Counted from the stretch's first letter, positions 26,494 to 41,139 are shown. The stretch: 64,000 nucleotides of DNA from Entomortierella parvispora E1425 (GCA_020891255.1 BQFW01000003.1:1364001-1428000), one strand, 5' to 3'. Notes: generated by a model not told the origin, from the letters alone. Numbers and translations: made by a program.

Positions 26494-26549
26494 AAGGAAA
26501 GAGAGGAAGGAAAGAGAGGAAGGAAAGAGAGGAAGGAAAGAGAGGAAGG
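26494..26549. repeat. Tandem repeat, 4 copies of AAGGAAAGAGAGG
   Basis: Directly visible, in the divergent promoter region between the LRR gene and VPS8. Confidence 0.9.
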
Positions 26550-26771
26550 GCGGGAAGCAACAGAACAGGCGTGAGACAGCGAAGAGTCGACACAGAAAAG
26601 ACGTCTGTCTTGACAGCATTGACGAGTATGAGAGCAACGGTGGCATGGGTGGACTGCATTCCTTCTGCTGTCGACTCTTTCCTCCCCTCCGATTCGATCC
26701 TCATTGGCGCCACCTTTTTCTTTCCTTCTTTCCTTCTGTCCCTCTTCCTTCCTCAAAGGAGGGTTGTCCTG

Positions 26772-26803
26772 GTGAGTGAGTGAGTGAGTGAGTGAGTGAG
26801 TGA
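26772..26803. repeat. (GTGA)8 microsatellite
   Basis: Directly visible. Confidence 0.9.
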
Positions 26804-27193
26804 CCACGGGAATGAGGCGAGGGTGGCATGTGGGGCCAACCCAGAGGGCTGATGAACCAAAAACCTGCATGAACATGCAGAAGGTGTGGCCCAGGCCAAC
26901 AGCAAAAGGACCTTACCTTGAATGCATGAATCTATCGGACAAAGAAGAACGCCACCCATTCAACCGTCCATCCATCTATCCATCCATCCATTCGGACAGG
27001 CACAGAAAGCGGCCACGCGGACACCCCCCCCACCATCCCTTGTCTCCACATTGCATTAACGCTGAACCCGCTCCCCTCAAGAGCAGATCCCATTTTCTCT
27101 CTCCTTCCCCTTCTCCTTGCTCTGTCAATGTCCCTGTAGCGTCCATCGGCCTTGCCAAGACTCTTGCCTTCCTCCATCCACGAACGGCTTCCC

Positions 27194-30100
27194 ATGAACA
27201 ACCGCGGGACGACCATTTCGCCACATTCGACCCAAGACGAGTACGACGCCCTGCTCAGAGAGATTCTCGAATCTGATTCCTCTGGCGACGACCACCCCCG
27301 ACAACCTTTGATTCCATCGCGAACCCACACCGGCCCATCTTCTTCTTTGGACCTGGACCTGTATCTGGACCTAGACCTGGACTTCGATATCCCTCCTGGT
27401 CAGCATACAAGGACCCACCAGGAACCCGTCCACAAGGCCGTCCTCGACAGCAACGACAGCACCCCTCGCAATTCAACAGACACTCAGCAGCAGAAAAGGA
27501 TATCCACTGTTAGCATTGTTATTGAGAACGATCTGCAGACCAACCGGAAGCGCACCGCTTTAGAAAAGGAAACCTCCCCTAGACTTTTACCTGGACGACA
27601 GCACGCCAGCTCTCTGCTCTCGCTTTCATCTCCTTCCTCAGTCTCCTCCAGCCCGTCATCCTCGATCAACACTCTCACGAGAGCAAGCAGCGTCGAGTCT
27701 TCATCTGCAAGGAACGGTCAGAGTCACCCTCGCAATCCTATTCAATTTCTGGATACAACTTTGTCAATCCACAGTACCTTTCCGGTTTCGTCTTCCATCC
27801 ACGAGACATCTCTTGAAGATCCAGCGCTCGCCTCTAATTACACCCCCAACCTCAAGTCTTTCAAACAGAGAGAGAAACTCAGTGTAGCGCACAGCGTTGC
27901 CAAAAGTTTGGAGGGTCATCAGCGCACCGTAGTCCTTCGACACGAGCAAAGATTGGCACGTTACAATCAACGACACGACTCTTTACTGAAACAACCCCCA
28001 AGGATGGACACATCAAATCAGCGTGGAAAGCCACGCGAAAATGGAACACAACGGAGCGCTCGTGACGCGTCGTCGTAAGTGTTGATCGGACACAGTGCAA
28101 AACTGAGCGTACGAGTACATTATGCATCTTGAGATTCACGGAAAACTTTTTCGACTTGGATATCACTAGACTGTCGGCGCCGATTGTCCTCAAAGGATCC
28201 AATACAAGACTAGGTACTGATGAACAGGCGATTGGCTGTTGGTTCTGGTAACCCAGAAATGCAATGTGGAAAAGTAGACTCTAATGCCCTATTTGTTGAT
28301 ATTTTTCTCATAGTCAATGGACTGCAGTCCATCACGGCGCTCGAGCAACACTTTAATGAGCTCCGCATCCCAGAACTGGAGCTACTCAACACTCCAGAGA
28401 CAACCATTAGGGCAGTGCTTGCGGATCTTTACAAGATTTCCGAAGAACTCCATATGCATTTACAAGGAGGACCACTTTCGGATGCCTCTCAGCATCTCAG
28501 AAAAGAAGGTGGAAGCGTTGTTATTTCTGGAGAGTCACAGCGGCAAAAGAGAATCAAGGAAATCGTGGACCGTATTGTTCGTGAGACTTCACTCTACGAG
28601 GAATTTGTGCGCAAATGTAAGCGACAATGGTACATTGGATCTGACCATGGCTACCCACCATAGAAAGAGCGTTTTAACCGACCTTTCTATTGTGTTATTT
28701 GATTTCAGCAAACTACCTGAGTCTAGAGGCAATTTTAAACGAAGCCTCGGACGAGGACGATGACCTGCAGGGACTGGGCGATCTTGTTGGAGACGGCTCT
28801 GAAATGGACTCTGCCTCTGATATTCACCATGAAGATACCCTCTCGCAGACCTCATTCATGTCAGCAAATCATCATGGGCATTTAAGCGTCGGATCTTTAC
28901 CAAGTTCACCCATGTCAGCATTGTCTTATCGCACTCTGGAACCAATGAATAGATTGCGGCCCTATGCCCTCCCTCATGGTGGTGCGGGATCAGTAGCCTC
29001 TTCATCAGCTCTGACAGGACGACATTCTCGGGCTTCGTCCGTTTCATTTTCAGTTTCTGGAATGAACCACTCAGATCCCCACTCTCCAGGCCACAGCGCA
29101 GGCGCTGAACCTTGGGAGACTTTCCGATGGACTCCTCTTCTCAAACTCTCGGAGCAGCTGTTTTCAGACGAAATCAAGGCATCTTCAGGACTTGGAACTT
29201 GTATCGCTGTATCCAACATTATCGCAGTAGGAACCAGTCGCGGTTCTGTACTCGTTTATAGTACCTCACAGGCTTTAGTCGGCATCTATGGAAGTGCTCA
29301 ATACGCTCTTGAGCATGGTTCAGTATGCTCCATCGCCATCTCTGCAGACAACACCTACATGGTGGCTGGCCACTCTCTCGGAAGTATTATCGTCTGGAAT
29401 ATCAGCAAGCCAGCCGTTCCTTCTAGGATCATACCCCCTATCACTAAGGAAGTGGCACTTTCTGGAAGGAAACTTGGGCATATCAGAGGGTCGGCTGTTC
29501 TGAACGTCGGATTTGTTGGTATCAAGAGGGCAGAAGTAGTCAGTGCCGATGATCAGGTACTTTTGCTACTCAGCATGTTCTTGATTTCAAACTAGGGAGA
29601 AGTAGGTATACTAACTGCGATTCAACTCTATTAGGGTATGGCATTCCACCACCTATTGTACAAAGTAATGATGGTCGGGGCAGTGGAAACAACTCGATTG
29701 CTCGGAAAATACCCAGCCCCGAAAATGCCAAGAGGATATGACAAGCGTGCTATAGGAGGTGCCCCTCGTCAGAGCACTGTATTTGGAATGGGTGTACTTC
29801 CGTATGGTCAAATCCCTCACCCTGCTGACAGTGCCGGGCTTGTGGCGCTACTGACACCTTTTAAGGTAAATTACACAAAAAATGCCAGTGGTTTACATCC
29901 GATGCATTCTGCTGACAAAAATTGATCTTATTTTGATAGTTGTTGATCGTCTGCGTCAAACCTCAGCCGCAAACGCTGTTCAAGTTTTTGCGCCCTAAAG
30001 ATCTGCAGAGAGACGGCGAAGTGGCTGCAGTCATATCTGGCAACCTGGCGTGGTTTCCAGCAACAAAGAGTCAAAAGAGTCCAGGTATGCCACCAGTATC

Positions 30101-33100
30101 TGGCAGTATTACTACCACTGAATTCCTGATATGCTTGAACACTGACACCAATATCCTATCTCTGTAGAGAATGAGGCTGTGGAGTCAAACCCTTTGCTTG
30201 CTTTCTCTTGGAACCGACACCTGTATATTTTGCAGGTCGTAAAAGCGGTGGACCAAAATCCTGGATTGACGTCTGCGGGGCATTTGAGCCCTGATAGGAG
30301 ATCCATACAAGAAACGAATGGAAAGAGTCCAAAGCTCGACTTTGTCAAGGTTGGCGACTGGATCTGTAGAGAGGGCATTGTTGGGATCCAGTGGGTCAAA
30401 CCACAGGTACACTCTATTCCTTGTCAATGTGTCTGCGCTGTGATAGCCTTTAAACATTTTCGCTTATCAATTGCTCGACTGCCAATTTAGATTCTCTTGC
30501 TTCTGACCAATACGGAAGACATTATTGTGTTTGACCCCAAACTCATGTGCGAAACTGAGCGATGCAGTGCCAGGTCATTGCAAATTGTATACCATGACTG
30601 GTTCAGGGATGTTGCTAAAGCACATCGACCTCCAGCCTCAACGGCTGCTTTAACAGATGTCAAGCTTCCTACTGGCGATATGTGCTACAATAGCAGTTGG
30701 AGAGTCCACAAAGGAAAACTGTTTGTTCTCGTAAGTTGCTTGCTGTACTCTTCGATGTTGCGAGGGAAAAGGGCATACTGGATTATAATCTAAGCTTGGA
30801 TTTGTTATACCTCGACCTGTAATAGGGTGTACGCCGTGTCCAAGTTGGAACAATACTCAATTGGACAGACCGCATCTTGGCACTCGTGAAATCGGGTGAT
30901 TTTCTGGAGGGCATTGCACTGGCGACACTTTTCTACACTGGAAAATCAGTCCAGGCGGCTGTAGTTGGTCTACCAGAGGGCGAAGAGGCTCGAAAAAAGG
31001 TTGTGGGGGAGAAGATTTACGAGCTCCTGACAGCCTCGCTCAACTACACTTTTAACCCCGAACGTATGCTGGACGTTGACGCGGATGCTGCTGCAGGAGG
31101 CGTAGGTGCAGGCACAGTCTTGTTTCATGACCTGGCCATCCAAGCCATCGAGAGTTGCCTTGCGATTGGAGATCAAGAATTCTTGTTCGAGGAGGTCTAT
31201 GAGCGCTATGGGGAGGCCAACACAACTGTTAAGGGAATCTTCCTCCAAACGCTAGAGGGGTATATTCTTCAGGACCGTGTTCAAGAGATGCCACCACAAG
31301 TCATGCAAGCGTTTGTGAAGTACTACAGCCAGCGCGGCATGTACAAGGAACTGGAGGTCTGCATTTGCCATACACCTTGCCACGTCCTGGAAATGCATCG
31401 GATTGTTGACCTGTGTCAAAAGCACAAGTTGTATACGGCCTTGATCTATGTCTGGAACAAGAGTATTGGCGATTATGTCAGTCCTGTCGTGGAGCTTCTT
31501 AAAGTCATCAAGTCGATTCTGAAGTCCAGGCGCAATGGTGTCCTGTCAACCCAAGAGGCATCTGGACCGAATGGCCATGCCACCGCGACAGCTTTTGAAC
31601 ATCATGGAGACGAGAAAGCCCATTCGCAAGAAGAGCCATCTGATGGAGAGATTGTTCAAAAACTCTACGAGTATCTGTCGGACAGTCTGCTTGGGAAGTC
31701 ATATATTGATGGCACCAAATTAGAGGAGAGTCAAGCCGTTGCTGCCAAGGTGTCCCTCTACTCCTTCATCTTTTCAGGACGCTGCGTGATGTGGCCGCCT
31801 GTGGGAGGCAAGCTCATTTTGACTGGCGATGCCGAAGACATCGAGGAGGCCGAGCCTACCTACCCGTATTTGAGGCTCTTTTTGAGACACGACAGTGAAG
31901 AGTTCCTCAAAGTGATCGACAAGGCTTTCGAGGACAACTATCTGGCGTCAACCAACCGCGACTTTTCTCAGGTGGCCAGGGGTCAGGAAGGACTTGGCAA
32001 GGTTATCAGTCGCCAGTTGATCATCAACACTCTTCTTGAAGTTTTGACTCCTAGCTCCACTTTCTCGAGTGCATCCGCCGCGGATCTGAATGGCGACAGC
32101 TGCACGACTGGAGACGAGTATACAACCAAGGATATTGCTCACCTGTACAGCTTTGTTGCCCGTAACTATGCAAAGTCTCCGAAATCTCTGGCCCTTTCAC
32201 CCACAACTCTTCATCGGATTCTCACGAGGCTTTCTAGCGATACCGATGAATCTACGCGGGAAGAAAGACAAGTGGCAGTGCAGGCCCTGCTACGCTGCTA
32301 CTCTCCTGGAGACGAAAGCGGCATGATGTCGCTGTACGAGAAGGCGGGATTCTACAGGGTGTTGGAAAAAATGCACCGGTCCCAGAAGCAGTACGGACCC
32401 ATGATCGTAACCTATTTAAAGGACCCAGAACGACGACCCCAGGTCTTTGAGGCGATTCGTAAACTTCTTGACCCTGCTAGGACCCATCGTGTCCCCATCA
32501 CGGAAAAGCAACGAACCGATATTGTCAAAACAGCGATGGAACATATTGCCGAGATTGTAGACATTGACGGAGAGCAAGCTGCACTTTTGGTTCATCGTTA
32601 CCTTAATGCAGAACATAGCTCGGTCTTGGAAACTTTGCATGGATCCAACCCTCGACTCTTTGCCTACCTTCGCGGTCTTTTGGAACCTTCCAACACTGTC
32701 AAAAGCAAGAGCCCAAACATGAGTGGCGATTATACCTTGGGAAGTAACGGGGGGGCAAACGACGTCGACACCTCTCTTATCAGTGCATCCTCTATCACAG
32801 ATCCCGCTATTCACGAGCAGTACGTCGAGTTGCTGTGCCAGTATGACCCATCAGGCGTGTACGACTATCTCGAGAGACATCAGGACAACAGCTATAGACT
32901 CGAACGCGTTTTGAAGATTTGTCAAGATGCCGGTGTGGTCGATGCGGTGGTTTGGATCCTGGAGCGAAGTGGAAATGTTGGTGGAGCTCTCTCCAAGGTC
33001 CTAGAAATTGTCCAGGAGCGGATAGACATGCTGGCAACGTTGCTAAAGTCGAAGGGCGAAGGCAAGATCCAGGATGCATTTTGGACCATGGAGGATCAGT

Positions 33101-34674
33101 CCAATGTCCGTGCCAGTTTGGTCCGCTTGAGAGGTGTGCTTAATGTCGGCAAGCAGCTGTGTGAGCGACGAAGCCAGAAGGCAAAGCTGATTTCTCAAGC
33201 GGCCACCATGCCAACGCCAGTTCGGACAACAGCTTCAGAGAGCGAAACAGAGACTCTTTGGTTCAGGCTACTTCAAATGTTCGTATCGGCATCACGTAGG
33301 ATGACACTCCTGATCACCGAACATCTTCCAAAGACAGAAGGGGGAGAGAGCCAGAGTCCCAGAAAGACGGATGCAACCGTCGTCTTGATTGAGAACGCAC
33401 CTCCCTCGTTGTTTTCAAACTCTGGACCCGAAAGCGAGCATTCGTACCATGTGATCGATCAGCTCTCCAACAACTTCAAGGGGTTCGTACAATCGATCTT
33501 GGCAACGCTACTCCTGTCTACCTCAACACCTCAAGTATCCCTGCCTTCACTTCTGCGCCGTCTTTTGCAATCCGAGTCCCAGGATGGAGGGGAGCTGAAT
33601 CGATTCTCAGATTTTAAGGACATTTTCTTGGGCATGCTGGACACGTTCAAATACGAGGGACAGCTTTTGGAGATGACGAACGGGCTGTTTGAGCGTGACT
33701 TGTTCATGGGCGTACAGCTAGTTGCCAAGAGCAGGGCTAAGGGATGGAGACCTCGAAAGGGCAGCTGTGAAATTTGTGGGGGCGCTTTCTGGGGTCCCAA
33801 CATTGTCCGCGAACTCTGGGTCCAGCAACAACGTGCGGCAGCTAATGCGATCAAGGCTGCACTCACCACCAGCGTCAACTCGGATGCGACTACAGGTGGA
33901 AGAACGGATTCGCCTGCACCTTCAGCTACAGAAGGGTCGACCTCATTGCACTCTCCAGATTCTTCTGCGGATTCCAGTCTGGCTGTTCAGTCTCCAGAAG
34001 GCAAGAACAAGGAGAAGAAGGTGGCTGACAAGGATTTGCTGCTCTTCAGGTGTGGACATGGATACCATCGCCAATGTCTCGAGATGGAAACAGCCGCATC
34101 CCCTGCTGTTACTTCGCCGCAAACTCTACAGAATCGATTGATGCAGATTGCCGATCACACTGGATCGTCTCCCTCGACTACTCCAACCCCTTCGACAACT
34201 CTCAACTGTGCTGTCTGCAATGGAATGGTCAGAACTTCCAAGCCAAAAGCAGCATCTCGCCCCACCTCACGCACAGCATCCAGGAATGAAAGTCACCATG
34301 GTCGTCCATCGACTGCCCATCCCCGATCAGGTAGCTCTCGCACACGGAATTCTGGATGGACTCATGTTGAGTCTCCTCGACCGAAATCCGCAGTAGCGTC
34401 TTCTCATTTGAAATCGGCTTCGTCTCCATCGCCACCACCTCGCACTTCTGTGGATATGAATGGGAATGGTCATGGACGGCGCAACAAGGAACAAGGCAAT
34501 AGCATGGCTCCTAGTGTCCCTAGAACTCCACCCCCACCAAGCAATGATGTCTATGCTTTTGATAACGGTCGCGAGTCCCCTGGACCTGGAGGATACCAGA
34601 ACAGCAACGAATATGAGGCAGCGACTAGTCCGAGCATGCGTTTGGATAAAGGCAAACAAAGGGCGCAATATTGA
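27194..34674 (+). CDS. VPS8: Vacuolar protein sorting 8 (CORVET subunit), multi-exon
   Basis: Acidic low-complexity N-terminus; WD40 region (IAVGTSRGSVLVY, MVAGHSLGSIIVWNI); Vps8 domain (LYTALIYVWNK..DYVSPVVELL); CHCR-like solenoid; C-terminal RING-like CEICG...CGHGYHRQC...CAVC. Start codon uncertain. Confidence 0.9.
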
Positions 34675-35201
34675 GATAGGCGCAACACATCTACATCTAG
34701 GACAGAATAAAACAACCAATCGTGATTTGCTAATCATCCATCCTTGCATGTTTGTCATTTGGCTGCACTCTGGTCCATATATCGTAATCTTGTTGTTTGG
34801 ACCCCCAACCACCTGCTTCAACGGACGGCGCATAGCTCGCTCTCTGTGGCGCATGTGTTTTGTGCTTTGTCTTGTCAGCAGGCAGTAACATGGCTCACAT
34901 CTCGACGCTCCCATGTTAATTTGCCACTACCGTACCTATTAACCTCGTAGTTTATTTTTTTTGCGCGGCAACTCCTGATCACCCGCCATAACCACTGCTG
35001 CAATGCTCACTCAGTTGGCTAATCCTGGTTCTCAAGTCTCTCTGCACTCGATGCATTTTTTTTTTTTTTCACAGTGTACAGATGTTTGATAATATTACGG
35101 ATTTCTATTATTTATGAAGTAGATGGTTTGTTTTGTATATGCACTAATATGTACGAGAGGGGAGAGAGAGATGTCCAAAGAAAGAGAAAATAGATCTACT
35201 T

Positions 35202-38200
35202 CTACTCCTCGAGCTCAGCCTTGGACCCGGCGACGACGACGTGGTTCTTCTCCTGGAAGGTGGAGACGACGGCGGTCATGACGGCGACCTTGCGGACGGC
35301 ATCGATCGAGTCCCAGACGCGCTGCTGCTGGATGTTGGCGGCCTTGCGGGAGGCCAACTTTGTGCGACGGGCCGAGGTGGGGACCATGGCGGCGGTCAAC
35401 TCAAAGGACCAGCGCTTGAACATCTGGACCTTGACGACATCCAAGATGATAAAGTAAATGAACGAGATCAACAGGACGACGATGGCCTGACCGGCGGGGA
35501 CCTTGGGGGTCAAACCACCAAAGATGACCATCAACAGGGCAATGATCTGGGTACCGATAATGACAACGGCAAAGATGGGCGAGGGCAGGTTCTCCCAGAA
35601 GTAACCGGTCAAACGGGTCGAGAAGATGACGAAATGAGGTGCGGACGAGATATGGAGGTACATGATCGACTCGAGCTTGCGATCGACCTCGGGTGCATCG
35701 TGGTCCACGGGCTCGTAACCGAAATGCTTCCAGAAGATGAAGAAATGGGCAAAGGACAAGGCCGAGAGACAGATACCGAGGACGATGGACATGGTGATCA
35801 ATTGTCCGATTCTCCACTTGTCGGGGCGGGCCGAGATCTGAGCGTTATCGACAGCAATAACCAAAGTAGCCAAATCGTTCAAGATGCAAATCAAGATCAA
35901 CAAGTGAGCGGGGAGGGCCCAGTCGTAGGCCATGACGACAACAAAGAAGAACATCAAGAAGTGGACGGTCGAGGTGATACGGTAAAGAGCATAGGAACGC
36001 ATGCGCTGGAAGATGGCACGGGAAGTCATCAAACCATCGACAATGGTCGACAAACCGGGGGCGAGCAAGACAATATCGGCGGCAGAGCGGGCAGCATCCG
36101 TGCATCCGTGGACAGCAATACCGACGTTGGCCTTCTTGAGAGCAGGGGCATCGTTGACACCATCACCAGTCATACCGACAAGGATACCACGCTTCTGGAG
36201 CAACTCGACGACACGGTACTTGTGCTCGGGAATGACCTGGGCGAAACCATCGGCACGGATGACGTGCTCGGTAATCTCATCCTCCGACTTGTCAGCATCG
36301 ACCAAATGTCCGGCATCCAACATGACACGCTGCATACCAAGACGGTGGGCAACCTCCTTGGCAATGATCAACTGATCACCGGTAATCATCTTGACGGAAA
36401 CACCCATTTCACCACAGCGGCGAATGGTCTCGGCAGAGTCGGGGCGGGGAGGGTCAATCAAGGAGATCATACCGATCAACTCCCACTGGTCCATGTTACC
36501 CTCAACGGTACGAGCGACACCCAAAGCACGGAGACCACGCTTGGCAAGAGAGTTGACAGCACGGACGGCATCATCATCTCCACCGACAAGGCGGATGATG
36601 ACCTGGGGAGCACCCTTGGCGACCTTGAAGGTAGAGTTGGTCTCGAGTTTGGTAACGGTGGCCTGGGTCAACTTGGTGGAGGGGTTGAAGGGCAAGAAGG
36701 AAGTGACCTTGAATCCGGGAACCTCGTGCTTGTGGGTACGTCCCTTCAAGATCTCGAGCTGCTCCTCAGCGGCGGTACGGACGGCAAACTCAATGGGATC
36801 GTTGGCACCAGCCTCGGCAGCGAGGTAAGAGTACAAGAGGATATCTTCGGAAGAATAGTTGTTGGCAAGGTAGGGCTCATCAAAAGTCAACTCGTTCAAG
36901 GTGAGGGTTCCGGTCTTGTCGGAGCAGAGAACAGAGACAGAGGCCATCTCCTCGACGGCTGTGAGACGCTTGACAATGACCTTCTTGGCAGCAAGCTGCT
37001 TGGCACCGACGGCCATGGTGACGGACATGACGGTGGGGAGACCGACGGGGATGGCAGCGACAGTCAAGACGAGAATCTTGCGGAGGATCGTCAAGAACTT
37101 TCCGTTTTCGGTACCCTTGAAGTGGACGAGCTGGTAGATCATGATGATGACGACGAGGACAACGGTGATGAGGATCAAGAAGTTACCAATGCGGTTGATA
37201 ATCTTCTGGAAGTGACCCTCCTCAGTGGTAATGGAGATCAAGTTGGCGGCACGACCAATGAAGGTGTCACCACCAGTCTTGGTGACGACAGCCATCTGCT
37301 GACCCTGCTTGACGATCGAGGACGAGTAGACGGTCTTGCCCTTGTTCTTGGCAACGGGGAGGGACTCTCCGGTCAAGGCAGACTGGTCAATCAAGAGATC
37401 ACCCTCGGTGGCCTCACCGGTGGCACCAATACCCAAAAGACGACCATCAGCGGGGACAATGTCTCCGAGACGGAGGACAATGATATCACCGGGGACCAAG
37501 GCAGCAACGTCCAACTCGACCAGGTGGCCATCACGCCAGCAGCGAGTCTTCAAAGCAAGAGTCTGACGAAGAGCATCCAAAGCCGACTCGGCCTTAGACT
37601 CCTCAATGAAACCGATACAGGCGTTCACCAAGAGAAGACCCAAGATGATACCGAAATCCAACCAATCCTTGACAACAGCAGAGATGATGCAAGCAACCTC
37701 AATCAGGTAAGCAATGGCACCGGTGAAGTAACCCAAGAACTTGAGGAAAGGGTTACGCTTGACCTCAGCCAACTCGTTGGGGCCGAAGCGAGCAAGACGC
37801 TCGGCAGCCTCGGCGGTGGTCAAACCGTGCTTGACATCGGTTTGGAGCAAAGCCTCGAGCTCGGGCGAGATCTCGTCCTTGTGCTCGTGGTGCTCGGCCT
37901 CCTCGACTTCGAGGTGACCCTTCTGGTGGGTTTCTATTGGACATGAAACAAAAATAAATGTAGATTGTCAACAACAATTCCATCGCACAGACACACACAC
38001 AGACAGTAAGCAAACCCCGGGAAAGAGAACAAATATTATAAAAATAAATAAACAAATAATGAAAAAAAAGGCACAAGGGGAAGGGAGGGCCAAAGGGCCG
38101 TTGGGAAAATAAAGAAAACGGAAAATCGATCGGTGCCTGGGATGTTGGTGTGGTGAAGAGATCGTGGAACGGTGCGCGTGCGTGGTCGGATCGGGTGGTT

Positions 38201-38446
38201 TGAAACAGAGTGAGACGAATAAGCACAAAACGACTTGGGTTCAAGTTTACAGCGCAGAAGGTTTGCGGGGGAAAGAGGTGAAAGGGTGCGGTTCTCTTCG
38301 AGGCGCATCTTTGTCGCTGTTGAGGTAGGGGGTCGGAAAAGATGCGCAGAAGACAGAGAAAGAGAAAAAGAGAGCTGCAGGGAAGAGAGCTTGAGAGATA
38401 GGGAAATGAATAGAGTGCAAATCCTACCTTCGATCTTTTCAGACAT
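35202..38446 (-). CDS. PMA1: Plasma-membrane H+-ATPase (P3A type); short exon 1 (MSEKIE) then intron to about 37930
   Basis: DQSALTGESLP, CSDKTGTLT phosphorylation site, KGAPQVI, MITGD, TGDGVNDAPALK, AAIPVGLP. Confidence 0.97.
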
Positions 38447-40832
38447 TATGGGGGGGGGGAGGGTTCTTTTCGAACAAGCTGTTGTTCCTTAGGGAGACAG
38501 GTTGGGCGAGAAGAGTGGAAGGGAGAGAGGAGGGGAGGAAGTGTGAAAGTGAAGGGAACTTGAGAAAAGGAAAAGAGACGGGGGTGTGGGCGGGTACGTC
38601 TTTTTATATATTTGGGGCGAGAGGGCGGGCAGCGAGAGAAATCGATCAAAACAAGCGAGGAGCAGACTTGTTTGGGTAGAGGCGTGTCCACTCGCAGACA
38701 AGGGTGAGAGCGGGTCGTGAAAGGGTTGGGTGGTGGTGGTGCGATGGGTGAATGAATGAATGAACTCTGGAAGGGGGGCAAGAGTACATAAGTAGCGTGA
38801 GTAAGAGCAGAAAAGACTGTTTTTGGGTTCTCCAGGCGTTGGGAGCAGTCAGGCCTGTCTGCCCTGGGTATCGGAGAGTCGAGACAGCATTTTACCAGGC
38901 AATTGGGCAACAGATGGACGTACGACCCAAAGTGCAACTGTGCGACACTGTGGGTACCTCTCTCAATTGGACCCACGCCAACAATAAGAATAAATAAGAA
39001 AAAGAGCGACCGCCCCGGTAAAGAAGAAAGACAGAATAAGAATTATTAAGGCCAAGCCAGTAAGAGCGAGTGACCGAAGCGGAAAAAAAGTTAAAAAAAC
39101 CTTGCGTGAATGAATACAAGAGAGCAAGAGAGGGAGGATGGGGACACTCAAGCAGGACTGATGGGTCAAGAATAGGCTAGCGTGGTCGACAGGACCCCCA
39201 AAGTGGATAAACTGTAGTTCCACGGCCGTTTGTCCTCTTTTTCGTTTTTTTTTTCTGGTCCGCCCACAGCTTTGGCAATCCAGACCCGCGCGATCGCTCG
39301 TCTGGGGGGGCTGACATGGCATGAAAGCCCATGGCCGACTTGCCATGACAAGATAAACCATAATTATTTGCTGAGAAGGATGAGAGCCAAGTGAGGGGTT
39401 TTTTTTCTCGCTTTTGATTCGCAATTGCACCCGCACATTCTCTATTTTATTGTTCAAAAGAGTACTCTAATGGTGGGCGGAGGGCGAGAGATGGGCAGGC
39501 AGGCGACGGGTCCCTCAGATCTGACGGTACCGGAGAGTGGAGTAAGAAAGAGAAGAGAAAAGACAAAAGTCAAAGGCCAGCAAGGCTTTTTAGGCTATTG
39601 AGCTCCAGCTGGGAGACAACCTGACTGGCCGCTGGCTTTGTCGGAGAGTTGGCGCCCGAGAACTTTATACTCAGAAGCCATACAGGCACCCAGGCGAAAG
39701 GAGACCTTGAAGTATGAAGACCAGCCATGTCCCCGCAAGTGCAGACCTCAGGGACCTTGATACGAATCAGGGTTTCTCCGTCCGCATCCAGGGTCGACAG
39801 GAGCGATACCGGACATGTCTATCTGCGTATCTTTTGTTTGTGTCTGTGCCAACGGTGAGAAAACAAGCGAGTGCAGATGTGAGCTTCGCAGAAACCCGGG
39901 GGTGGGGAAGCTCATTGCGATCTTTCGAGGGCGACTCCCCGGGAAAAGATAGGGTCGGTTGCAATCCCGTAAACAAAACAAGTGCAACGTGAACACGATA
40001 TTACACAACAGCACAACACAGGAACGAACCTGAGGTAAACATCAAACGGGCGAGGATTATCCATGACGACAAAGAACAACAGTAACAACTACAACAACAA
40101 CAAAAAAAAATGCACTCTTGGGTCATTTGTTGCTGCTGTGGTTGTCGACTCCGCGCTGCTGACGAACGATCTACCGCCAGGGACGAACCGAGCTTCGCAA
40201 CGCAACGCAATAGCAAAGTGGTTCAAATAGAGCGCTGCATTGCATGCATCCAATGAAGTGCGGAGAAGCGGAAACAGCGCAACCACTGGAGCGAATGGAT
40301 CTGACGCGAGTGGTCATCTTTGGCCATCTTCGCAGTTTGACCTGATGCTGCTACTGCTGCAGCATCGGAAACAAAATAAAGAGTCACCAACGCCCGACGA
40401 CGGCGGCTCTTTCTTTTGGAAAACGTTTCTCCGGGGATCGAAGGGTAAATCAAAAGGGCATCTTGCTTCAGCAGATTGTTCTTTCAAAGACAAAGTTGCA
40501 GGCTATTCGGCTCACACTCACCCACGGTCTCCTTTCACCCCCTCTTTACTGATGATAAAAGGTTAGGTCTTAAAGGCTGGCGATGGTAAATAGTACGGTT
40601 GACGGAAAATGATGCAGTCTGTCTTAGACCGTGCATGATTCCCGCCAATGTTCTGGGATGTGACCCGACTCTTGTTTACTCTTACTCTTGACTGTGTTGC
40701 CTGGTACCGCCCTAATAACTCGACATTACTGAGTGAATGGGGTTGAAAGTGTTGATGGCCAGGACGGTACGATACACCCTTAAGTAGAACCACTATATGT
40801 AGTTGCTCGCACGGCGTGGCCCTCTGCTCTTT

Positions 40833-40982
40833 ATCCGTCTTATTCCACATTGATCGATACTGACAGAGGCCAGCACGGCGACCCTTAGGTAGCAGCCCTC
40901 TCATTATTTATTATTACCAATACATGATCCGTCTTATTCCACATTGATCGATACTGACAGAGGCCAGCACGGCGACCCTTAG
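40833..40982. repeat. Perfect 56-bp direct repeat (40833-40888 and 40927-40982) around a 38-bp AT-rich insert
   Basis: ATCCGTCTTATTCCACATTGATCGATACTGACAGAGGCCAGCACGGCGACCCTTAG occurs twice. Confidence 0.95.
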
Positions 40983-41113
40983 TCTGATTCTCACTCGTCA
41001 CCTAGGATTGCCATATCCCGCACAGCGCCCCTCAAGCCTGCCCCCGTACGCAACAAAAGAAAGGAAAGGGATTTACCTTATGTGCCCCCCATAAAAACAT
41101 TGCCACCAAATAT

Positions 41114-41139
41114 CACGTGCCACCACGTGCCATCACGTG
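41114..41139. promoter_or_regulatory. Three CACGTG E-boxes at exact 10-bp spacing upstream of the MULE ORF
   Basis: tatCACGTGccacCACGTGccatCACGTGc; function inferred only. Confidence 0.5.

Noticed and set aside
35241-37946. 901-aa ORF antisense to PMA1
   Set aside because: Shadow ORF. It mirrors the PMA1 codons in register, and the strongly biased sense strand avoids TTA, CTA and TCA, which removes antisense stops. No domain motifs are visible.
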